From contig NW_024704743.1 in assembly GCF_018977255.1 (NCBI RefSeq), positions 17,734,001 through 17,798,000 of the forward strand: DNA of 64,000 nt, in the 5' to 3' direction. The position numbers and the translations under genes were made by a program. This document shows, one piece after another, positions 1 through 10,688 of the stretch (positions are counted from its first letter, which is position 1; each line of letters opens with the position of its first letter). Under the pieces are notes generated by a model. The model saw nothing but the letters and a program-made list of their open reading frames with translations, was not told the origin of the DNA and ran no database searches. This DNA comes from Callorhinchus milii (Eukaryota).

Positions 1-2668
1 ATTACCACAGGATGATCTAGTATATGTCATGAGAGAGAGAATTGGATACTAGGATCTAAATTTGAATGGGGTTAGGTTCACATTTTTCACTTTGTGGCCT
101 TGACGTTTGAATGAGATCTTCAATTGAAGAGGGAGAATTACTATTCTCTCGCTAAGTCATTTATATCTTTAACCTGAATTCTAGCTGCAATATGACACCA
201 ACCCAAATTAAATATTTCAAAGTGACACAGGGGATTAATAAATGACTGATTACGAAACACAGTGATTAATAAATGTAATAGTCACAAAATCTTTAACAGT
301 GAACATTTGATTATCACTTTTTTAATCTTAAAAATGCAGTAATCCAAAATGCATTCAGTTCCTTATTATCGCTAGGGATAATTAAGGAACACTTCATCAA
401 CTGAAAAGATATCTTTAAAGACAACTTTAGGACTGAACATCTCTCTAGGTCTTTCAGACTTTTAATTTGGGATTTCGGATTGGTTTTTATAATGTTTGCT
501 TTTAAAATTATTTTTACGGCAGTGCCTGACAGGGAGGTGTGAAACATACATTCCACTCTCCATCTCCTGATTCAAGTTTTCTCAATCCACGCATAGCTCG
601 GAAAAGTCTTTAAGCATGTGTCAGAGAGTGGATTTCTTCATCAGATCATGGACTAAAAATAATTGTAATAAATAATAATTTACAGTTTTTGTAAAGTACA
701 GTAAAGATTTATTTGAAGGTGAATGCCACTTTGCGCACAGTAATGTCCCAAAGTGTATGATCAATTTTATCTGGGGGTTGTTGACTCAGGTCCTCCTGCT
801 TGTGAGGCGAGTGCTCTAACCAATACACTGGTATAAATCAAGAAATGTTCAATCAAAAATAGTTGGTCGACCATAAAAGTTGGTCACCACTAGTTAGACT
901 ATGTGCTCAAAGCCCTGACATGGAGTGTGAATCCACAATCTCTTAACTTTTCTTTCTATGAATGCATAATTGCAAAATTGCTACTCACAGTAAAATAGTA
1001 GATTTTGGAACTAGGAATGAAAAAGCCACTTCCCTCACTATATTTAAAACAAGATTACCATGTTTGTATTCCGAGAGGCGCGGAAAGAGAAAACATTCTT
1101 CTAAAATCGAGGATGGAATTCAGTCATTAAGGACAATTTTTTAAAGATAATTTTTTGACTGCAATTCAGTCTTGTTTCTTAATTATCACTGGCAATAATG
1201 AAGTACTGGAATGAGTTAAGAAACAGCGCAATTTTGATTCCATAATCTCTTTTAGCAGGTACTAATGTCTATTCTTTAAAAATACTTCACTGGGGGTGGG
1301 GGTTGCATTAAGGCCATTGAGTGACATAAGCCACATCATAACTGTTTCTCCTGATCAGTCCTTTGTGCATGAGCCAAGTGAGCAGCAGTTTATTTGCTTG
1401 ATGGTGACCAGAATGCAGATGAAGTTGCTATTGGTTGATGTTACATTGTGTTTGTGTCTGTATTTTATTGTGTTCCGTTGACATGACCTAACTACAAAAG
1501 GCTCATGGAGTAAAACACAGGGTTTTAAAGTTAAAAGTACATTGAAGACAATTTATAACATTTTGGCAAATAGTTATTGTTATTAAAACCTCTTGCCTTT
1601 TAACTGTTTGTCTTCACCACGCTATTTTATAGCAAGGGAATAGTGCACAGTGAAGGATTATGTATAGGTTCTGTATGAATTATGTAGCAGCTCATAGGGC
1701 ACATCTACACGTATGCTCTTCCTTGTAAAGAAACCAAGGAATGGGGGGGAATCTGCGGCCTGAGATATGATGATTATCACAAGGTGCAGAATATTCAGTC
1801 AGTCTTGCCCAATACTGAGTGACTGTTTGGAGCTGAGCCACCCTTCTGACTTCTGGACAATCGTTCAGTCCTGGATTGCCACCATTTTTAAAAAAGAAAT
1901 GCAAGGAATTCACTTTTCATTAAAAGCAGAATAATATGTTAGGGGCAGGATTTAGAACATTAATAAAGCCTGTCATAGTTTATTGTCAATATCCCCTGTA
2001 TGTTTCACAGTTTCAAACTCTATCATGAAATCTGCCAAAATAAATCCCTGTGTACACAATCCTCACATAATTGCAAAATAATGCTTCTAGTTTTATTATG
2101 CAAGACTGATTTGACTGCTTGGAGGCAGCAATAGGTAGCCAGCCTTCTCACTATTAAAGTAACTTTAACAAAGCAATTTCTAGTGTTGCGGAATTGCCGA
2201 AAATTGGAAACCATGAACTAAATGAATGCTGTGGGATAGTGCACATATGTAGTATTAATTGCTGCTTTAATGCCTGCTAATATTCGTGTTGCTGCTTTTG
2301 GGATGAATGGTTTCTGTGTTTTCAATGCATTTTTCTGTGCTTATAGACGGTGATGATGTGATGTATAGTAGTACTTCAGTTTTGCATAAACTATTGAAAC
2401 AGAAAAGCTAATTTGCAGAGAGCCTTGTATTTTATGTTGAGCCAAATTAGCCACTGTGTCTAATTGTATGAGCCTTGGTGTAGTTTACATTGTACCATTT
2501 CATTTGTATACATTGCAGTTTGCTCTGTAGAACCATAGTAATGTATGTGGCATATTCACTTGCATTTTGGTGAAGAAAGAACCTCTTGCTAAGCTTTGCT
2601 GTGATCTCAGATATCCTCTTCTTCTTATTCCACTTCCTTTGTTCTCCCACCCCCAATGCTTTCTGCAG

Positions 2669-2755
2669 GTATTTAAACCCATGGTACAAAAGAGAATATA
2701 ATGTAGCTAAGTGGGTAGAAGATGTGAATAAAAACACTGAAGGACCATACTTTAG
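2669..2755 (+). CDS. ADAM22: ADAM22 alternative cytoplasmic-tail exon (87 nt, phase 2-2)
   Basis: ttctgcag|G TAT TTA AAC CCA TGG ... TAC TTT AG|gtattt encodes YLNPWYKREYNVAKWVEDVNKNTEGPYFR, near-identical to the recalled mammalian ADAM22 splice insert YLNPWFKRDYNVAKWVEDVNKNTEGPYFR. Confidence 0.93.
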
Positions 2756-5700
2756 GTATTTCTAAAATAATTGTATTTTAATATATTTTTTGCCAAAGCT
2801 CTTCAGCACATTCTTGGCTAGAACCTGCCGCCTTGTATTAAAATACAAAGTACTGCAGGTAGTACTGCCTTGTTCATTTGCTGCCTTGGATGACTAACTA
2901 TCTCTAGGCTTCTTACAGCTCCTTCTTTGCATCCTGTGCTGACTCCCCCCCTTCACACCCACACCCACCCGCACAGAACCACTGTAGTGCATGCTTCCTT
3001 CAGCACCACCATGTTCTCTCCACTTTCAAGTGATGTGGTAACCCAGTGGCTCTGTCACATAATCACCATCAACGATTAACCAAATGGTGTTGCCAGGGTA
3101 AGCAGATGAGTCATAGAGCACTTTCGTATCCACATTGTTCTGACGATGTCCTTTTTCACTGTACACAATGTCCTGTTAATACAATTACATCTGCAACAAC
3201 ATTCTGCTCTTATGCTGCAATGATGTGCCTAATGTGCCATCAGGCAATGCAACAGGAACATGGGTGAAGGGTGAGTGCCAAACTCTATTTTACCAAATGC
3301 TGGTGGTTTTACATATTTTCACTGCAGACATTGCATCAAACGTCCTTGAATTCAAACTGTGACAGTGAAATTATCTAGAACAAATACTAGTTAACTGCTG
3401 AGCTTGTTCTGAATCACTCTACTCTTCAGCTGACTTCTTGTATATGCATTCAGTTTATCATTGCCATTTTAATTAAAGGTTCACATTTCTCCATGATCCT
3501 TCCACCCCCATCCCCCACCCTCCCTCCTTTCATTTTGTCTTCCTCAGTCTCATAGCTAACCGGTAAGGTTCTTGGATTGCTTTTCTTCCTTCAGACCTCA
3601 TCTCTTGCTTTTGCTTTACATTACACCTTGAATTCAAAGAAGGAATATGTGGCTAGAGTTAACCCTTTTGTGCATGAACATTGCTCACGCATTTCACAGT
3701 GCCGGCCAACAGAAGCAGATGTGTTAATTTTACAAGCAAAGGACTTGTCAGGCTTTAGGGTATAACACAGAAGGGACTGACCAGCCCTTGAATTTCATGT
3801 CTTGTTTGCGACTTATTTTGAAGTGCTATAGGATGATTGAGGCAGTTCTCTAGGTTAGTCCAAAGGTAAGAAAAAATATATACACTAGCATTTTGTTAGA
3901 ATACGAAGTGACAGATAAAAAATGAGCGATCAATGAGTTGCTGCATAAATTTGGTCAAATGAACCCAGTACCAGCGCAGGACTAGGCTCAAGTGCTTCCA
4001 TATTACAACAACAATAACAACTTGCACTTATATAACGCCCTCCACGCAGCGTAGCGCCTCAGAGCATTTAACAGTGGCAGAGCTTGATGCCATATTACTG
4101 ATGGGAACCATTACACTTTATCAATTTCTTTTCTCGGTAATGCAAGATGAGACCGTTTGTTCACCAAGGCAACAAAGAACTTAAATGCACTTTGTTGTTG
4201 TTGTTGATTTCCCTTCTGCTGGACGTGTGGACAAAACACTCAATATCATCAGGTGTAAAGATGGGCCCATAGACAAAACCTGATTTTTAATCCAGGAAAT
4301 TTAATCCACTCCCAAATTGAGTTTCATCATAGAATTTAAAGTCTGGAGACAGCACACATACCATCTGGACATGTGCAGCTCTGTACAAAGTGCATGAAGG
4401 CAGTAGTTCAAAGACGGATGCCAGTTCCTTCTGATTTTACTCCATTTTTAAACAGCTTTTAACATGCAGTCAGTCTGCTCTCTGACCTCCTGTTTCAGGA
4501 TATGCCTGAAAACGCTTAAAAGTAAACCAAAGTTTGTAGATATATTGCAACTGACTGCTCACCTAAAGCAAAGACAACTGTGATGTTAGAGGTGAGAACA
4601 TTGCATTCTCTGATTTTCCCATGATAAACTTGCACGGTCCGTACATCTGTGTTCAGTCCAGAACTTAATGCTCTCAGACCCTAAGTTTTCTAAATGTACA
4701 GATGACCAAAGACTCGCCTTCAAAACGTTTTCAAGAGTATTATAGTTGTACACATTCTCCAAACTAGTTGAAAATTAAGGAAATATGGAATGAGAAAAGC
4801 CCATCAGCCATTTTCCTTTCAACAGACCTACAATTTGTATTGTAATAGATTTTGCCTTATGTATTGAAACTCCTCTGAGGGAGACAAGTAACAAGTTCCA
4901 ACCACAACTGAAGGGAAAGAATGGGTGGGGTACTGAGCAAATGTCAGCAGAAAGCCCATAAAGTGAAGAACTCCAGGACGCTACCTATAAGGATGCTATT
5001 TAATGCAAGTTGCTGTTGCTGTAAATTCAGTTTAATATTTGCTGCTAAAATTCATAAAATAATTAGGTCCAACATTAAGCTTTTTTGATATCATGGGTCT
5101 CTATTCCCATGCCAGTCCTTAATTTCAGCTACAACGAATTAGGGGCATGGATATCAACAGGCTTATTATAGATAAGTCTTTTTCATAAATTTCATAAATA
5201 AATTTCATGATTTAGGAAACAAACCAAAATACACAGTCAATTCACTTTACAGTGTATTCTGTGAATCGCTTTGCGACATCTTGAAGACATGGTAAAGTGC
5301 TATATAAAATGCAAGGATTATTAAAATATGCAACTTTACACAAGAAAACTTTAGGAAATGAGGGATGATCTTAGTGGTGTATGCTGAGAGGCACTACCTG
5401 AGGATAAATCTGTCGAGGATAAATGGACATCCTTCAAAAACATTATTTGAAGTGTTAGAACGAGTGCATAACAATAATAATTCTTGCATTTTACATACCC
5501 AAGTACCACAGGGGCAATTGAAACCAAAATGTTTGAATTGGATCAATGGGAAAGTTAAGGAAAAACACAAGAATTTACAAAGCCTGTGGGGGAAAATGAA
5601 GTATATCAGGCTGAGTACAACACTGTGGAAGACGTTTAATATAAGATCTTAGAGGAATCAAGAAGGAACTGGAAAGAAACTACAGAATATATACAGCCAA

Positions 5701-8700
5701 ACAATTCTATAATAGTAAGAGGTTAGAAGAAATAAGGAAAAAATTAAACTTGGAAGAAACCCAAAAGCATTTAAAAATGAAGAGATACTAAACATTAAGT
5801 AACCATTTATTTGAGGGTTTACCTTTCACCATGAGAACACTAAAACATGCTCTCCAGTAATTTGTCTGTCAGATCTTGAACTATCTTGGATTTTAGTGAC
5901 TCAGGGGTTCCAGATAGAATCATGGATTGGAAACGCCAGGGAAAGGTAAATTACACCCCAGAATACTTACTTTACAGACACCAAAAACATGTGTGAAACA
6001 CTAATTCAATTGGGGGCAGGTCAACAACGAGGAGATTCCAACAGACTAGAGACTAACAAATGTGCTTCCATAGTCAAGAAGGATGACTAAACCTGGAAAC
6101 TACAGATCCTTTAGTAATAATAATAATCCTTGCATTTGGTATACGCCTTATCACATTGGAAGGACGTCTCAAAGTGCTTCACAGGATTTACTGTGAAGAG
6201 GAATGACTGTGTATGTGTAGGCAAACACAGCAGCACAATTGAGCACAGCGATATCCCACAAATGGTTATTTGTGGAGTGAATGATCAATTTTATGAGGGG
6301 GAATGTTGGCCAGGACACCAGGAGTGAGAAACTAACTCACTTCTCTTTTCGAATAAAATGATGCGAGGTGTTTGAAGAGCATTATTCAGTGATCAAACAC
6401 ATAATAATAATAATAATAATAATATCTCAAAACAGGATAGGGAATCAATTGTCAGAGGCAGAATGAAAGAATATCTGTATTGAAAATAACATAATAAATG
6501 ATGGTCAACACAGTTTCAGAAGAGGGTAGGCATTGGGTTTAATTTGCAGAATCTTGTGGTCGAATTCTCAACAAGAATTGTGCAATTCTCGAATTTGTGA
6601 AAGAAAGATTGAATGTGTACTCTCAGCACATTCAATATTTTAACAAATCAATAATCTGAACTTTTTAGTAGTGGTCACTAGATAGTCAGCAAGGATAGGA
6701 ACCTTGGCTTATCTTCTCTCCCCCGCCCCCAATAGCACCAAACCAGAGAAGCTGAGATCAATTGTAGTATCCATTAATGTCAACCTGGCTGGGATTTGAT
6801 AACTTGCCATCACCTGAGATCTATCGGCAAGAAGTAGGATATTACAAAATAATCAGAGTGAAATTAACGAGGCCAACACTCTGGGCAAATAAATAACAGA
6901 ATACCTCAGTATTCAGACAATTGTTGTTAGGTTATTCTAAAAAAAGTTCTTTAGAGGCATAAACAGAATGCCCTATGAATCCCATTGACTGTTTTTTCAA
7001 AGCCACTGCAGTATCAAGCTCACTCAATGTATTCCTATACTATTAGAAACATAGAAACAGGAGTAGGCTATTTAGCACCTTGAGCCTATTCCGCCATTTT
7101 ATAAGATCATGGCTCATCTGTACCTCAAGTCCAATTACACGCCCTTGCTCCAAATCCTTAATACCCTGACCTAAAAAATATCTATCTACCTCCGTCTTGA
7201 AAATGTGAATGGAAAGGAAAGGAAGCACATTGTTATATAATAGGCGAGGAGGGAAATGGAGCTAAAACAGCAGGTCTCCAGGTTAGTGGCAATCCGAAAT
7301 AGTATAACATTTTTAACCGCTGTTCTTGGGAGGGAGAAAAAGCCCCCACACCTGATGGTGAGCTGCGGTAGTATAGCAAAGAGGCAACGTTCTTCAAATA
7401 GTTCTGTCCCATGGAAACTGAATCATCCACTAAATGTGGCACTTACATTTATACTCAGAATCTCTACTGTGCAGTGACCATCCATTCACTGTATTCCTTC
7501 CTAGCTTTCCCCTAACAAAAGCAATATCAGGCAAACATCCAGCCATGTGAGGCTTGACTCCCATCTCAACTGTTCTGAATTCAAGGTCAAGGGTTATCGC
7601 TTACAACCGTGGATGGAGGTGAGTTCCACCAGAGAAGGCAGAATAATCTGATCCCAGCGACCCTCTCTTACTCGGATCAGACCATTCCACCATTCCCGGA
7701 GAAACATTGTGGATCTTACAACAGTCTTGTCCTCCCGCCAACAAGATTAGGATTCATTCGTATCTCTTTCAGGCAAATACATCTTGGAAAAATGGCTCTG
7801 TCATGAAGGATGAGAATTTAGCATTCAGAAATAAAACGTTACCTATGAATTTAGAAATTACACGCCAAGGATCTTTTTTTTGGTGGTTTTGTGCCTTTGT
7901 GTATCAAATCCTTCCTATATTCCCCAAGTCATCCTAAGCAATGCACCATCATTAGCTATTATAGGAGGACAAATTTGATCCCTTGCTCCACTTGCTCTAG
8001 CAAGTGGCTAGTATTGATTGCCAGTATTGATTTTCCCCCCAAACCCCCCACTCCAGTACGTTCCTAGTGTATGATAGATGCCTCTCCACAGCAGCATAAC
8101 CGAGACAGTATTGTGGGAGAATAACATTGCTGCAGTGTTCCTCATCAATGCTTTATCCCCCACAAATTATACACACACAGGCAGCAGCGTAGAATGTATT
8201 GCAAGGATCTTCTCAATTTAGTTACCATAGCTTCCAATACATTCCAGAATTATTTTCCAGCCTTCCATAATTTTGATTATGTTTGAAAAAGTATTATATT
8301 ACTCAATTTTTTTTTAATCTCCCCTCTCCCGTCACTTTACCCCAGTATTTTAATCACATGCGGGCTAAGAAGAAGATACACTGTCTTTTTAACAATTATT
8401 TATCACTCCATTTCCAGAATTTCAACAGCGTTTAGGTTAGATGCTAGCTGACAGGCAAGAAAAATACCAGACATTAATGCTTCTGCTGCAGCTTCTTCTG
8501 CTTGTCTTGGATATTTGTTCCGAATGAAACGTTTTCTTTGGAGTTTCTTTTGAGCTGGTTCCATTGTCTTGTTCAGAGCTCGTGCCCAATGTGGTTGCAT
8601 TTGTGCAATGTCTGCTGCTCAGTTTGTCTCGATGCCTTGGAACGGGTTGGCCTTCGCAGGATGCATGTTAGCACAAACTATTGCTTTAATACCTTTTGTA

Positions 8701-8974
8701 ATGCCTGATGTGAGCATAAAGCATTCAATGATCAGTTAGTACTAGGATGTACCAGTCTGGTCTGGTGTGATATATAATTTAATACATCAAAACTTTCCCT
8801 CTCTTTCATTTAGGTTCGGTTTCTCCCTCTCACTCTCCCCCCACCCACCCCCCATGTAAAACCATTGACTTGAGAGGGCTATTTTGAGAGCTGCTACCAG
8901 CTATTTTATAACCAGACACAAGGATGTACATGAGAGAGCCCCATCCTTCATCATTCTCTAGTCATTACTTAAGT

Positions 8975-9350
8975 GGAGTCCAGTAGCTCAGTGATTAGAG
9001 CACTTGCCTTGCAAGCGAGAGGACCTGGGTTTGATTCCCAGCAGGGTGAAACGTTGAGCAAGGTTCCTTACTCCACACGTCTCTGTTTACTTAGCAGTAA
9101 GTAGGATCACGGTTGTTAGTCAATTGGCAGATTGCTTTTCTGGAGGTAATAATTCCTTCAACAAAAATAAATAATAATAAATTGGTCACTCAATCCACGA
9201 CTGTTTGTGGGACACTCCTGTGCGTAACTGGCTGCCGCTTTTCCCCCACAAATATAGAGTCAATTCACATTACAGTATATTCTGTGAAGTGCTTTGAGAC
9301 ATCTAGAAAACGTGATAAGGCGCTATATCAAATGCAAGGATTATTATTAT
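8975..9350 (+). mobile_element. tRNA-derived SINE, full length
   Basis: Head GGAGTCCAGTAGCTCAGTGATTAGAGC with A box and B-box-like GGTTTGATTCC. Tail gcgctatatcaaatgcaagga(tta)n. Many copies in the window. Confidence 0.9.
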
Positions 9351-9706
9351 CAAGAGAAGCATCTTAGTTTATTCTCTTCTTGCAACAAGGCAGCCAGAAT
9401 TGGATACCCTCACACAGGAAATTAAATACTTCCCAGGCACCCTGTGACATTATATCAATGTAACTCAGTAGACTGTGTCACCTCATTGCCTCAGGAGTTT
9501 CATTCATTATCAGGTGATCACTGACAGATAGTGGCACGAGTCCAAAAGTGAACCAAATGCTTCCCAGATATTATCATAGACAACTCCCCACCCCCCACCC
9601 TTCCCCCATCAATTGGACTGGAACCAGCACTGGTACAGACTGTTAGTCACTACTGTGCAGCTTTAGGATGCTGTAGATTGTGTTGATTTTTGTGGTTTCA
9701 TCTCAG

Positions 9707-9830
9707 GACATTATCTCCTGCCAAGTCACATTCTTCATCCAATGGGTCCATTGCTTCCAGTAGGAAATGTCCATACCCAATGCCACCTCTTCCAGATGAA
9801 GAGGGGAAGGTTGGTCGACAAAGTGCACGG
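9707..9830 (+). CDS. ADAM22: ADAM22 penultimate coding exon (124 nt)
   Basis: catctcag|G ACA TTA TCT CCT ... GCA CGG|gtaagt encodes [41 protein letters not shown], matching the ADAM22 tail (recalled human [41 protein letters not shown]). Confidence 0.96.
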
Positions 9831-10283
9831 GTAAGTGAGCATTAAGTGGTTGTCACAGTAATAGTACCATCCTTTTACATAATAATATTTTTAATAACTT
9901 TGGTAAACATGGACCCAGATATTATCCATTTCATGTCTTATCAGTAAATTTGAATTGAAACCTGAACCAAAGTGCTATGAATCCATTTGATGAAAATACT
10001 GTAACTGACTTAGCATATTTAAGTCAAATCTGTAAGTCTATTAGTGCAGTGTTTTGCGAGGTTTACAAACAGATTTGTAAACAGCAGATTCCGCCAACTC
10101 AGGGCTGCAAATCCGTTCAGAAGTCACCTGATTTCACAGAATTGGAAGCTGAGATCAGTGTTTCAAAGGAGCTCCGGGGGATTGAAGTATTTATTTGCTG
10201 TTATGGAGACCCAAGGAAGTTGAATTTACGCAAATGATATAAACGTTCATCTGTACAAAGAGCATTTTTAAAACCTCCTTAAT

Positions 10284-10648
10284 GGAGTCCTGTAGCTTAG
10301 TGGTTAGAGCCCTCACCTCTTAAGCGAGAGGATCCTCGGGTTTGATTCCCGGGCAGGGCAAAATGTTGGACAGTTTCCTTGTTCCACACGCCTCTGTTTA
10401 CCTAGCAGTAAGTTGGAATCCGGTTGTTAGTTGATTGGTGGATCCCTTCAAAAGTTTTTGTTAATAATAATTGGTCACTCGGTCCACGACTGTTTGTGGG
10501 ACACTGCTGTGCACAATTGGCTGCTGTGTTTTGTCCACAGAATATACAATCAATTCATTTTGCAGTATATTCTGTGAAGCGCTTTGAGATCTCTCGAAGA
10601 TGTGATAAGGCGTTATATCAAATGCAAGGATTATTATTATTATTATTA
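10284..10648 (+). mobile_element. tRNA-derived SINE, full length, abutting the ADAM22 last acceptor
   Basis: Same family as 8975-9350. Flanked by ttaat on both sides. Confidence 0.9.
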
Positions 10649-10667
10649 ATTCTTGTTTCTTCCACAG

Positions 10668-10688
10668 CTCTGGGAGACATCCATTTAG
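10668..10688 (+). CDS. ADAM22: ADAM22 terminal coding exon, LWETSI* (class I PDZ ligand)
   Basis: tcttgtttcttccacag|CTC TGG GAG ACA TCC ATT TAG, in phase 0 with the previous exon. ETSI is the PSD-95-binding C-terminus of ADAM22. Confidence 0.96.
   Translation, partial: LWETSI

Noticed and set aside
2999..3020. REST/NRSE site (TTCAGCACCAC)
   Set aside because: Only the left half-site is present, with no GGACAG right half.
7505..7618. Additional ADAM22 exon ending at the strong donor GAG|GTGAGT
   Set aside because: The acceptors I tried give an in-frame stop or a frameshift, and the peptide is unrecognisable.
8403..8700. Minus-strand ORF(s) inside the ADAM22 intron
   Set aside because: No recognisable homology or consistent exon structure.
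8975..9050. tRNA genes at SINE heads
   Set aside because: The A/B boxes continue into the SINE body and tail, and no intact cloverleaf could be supported.
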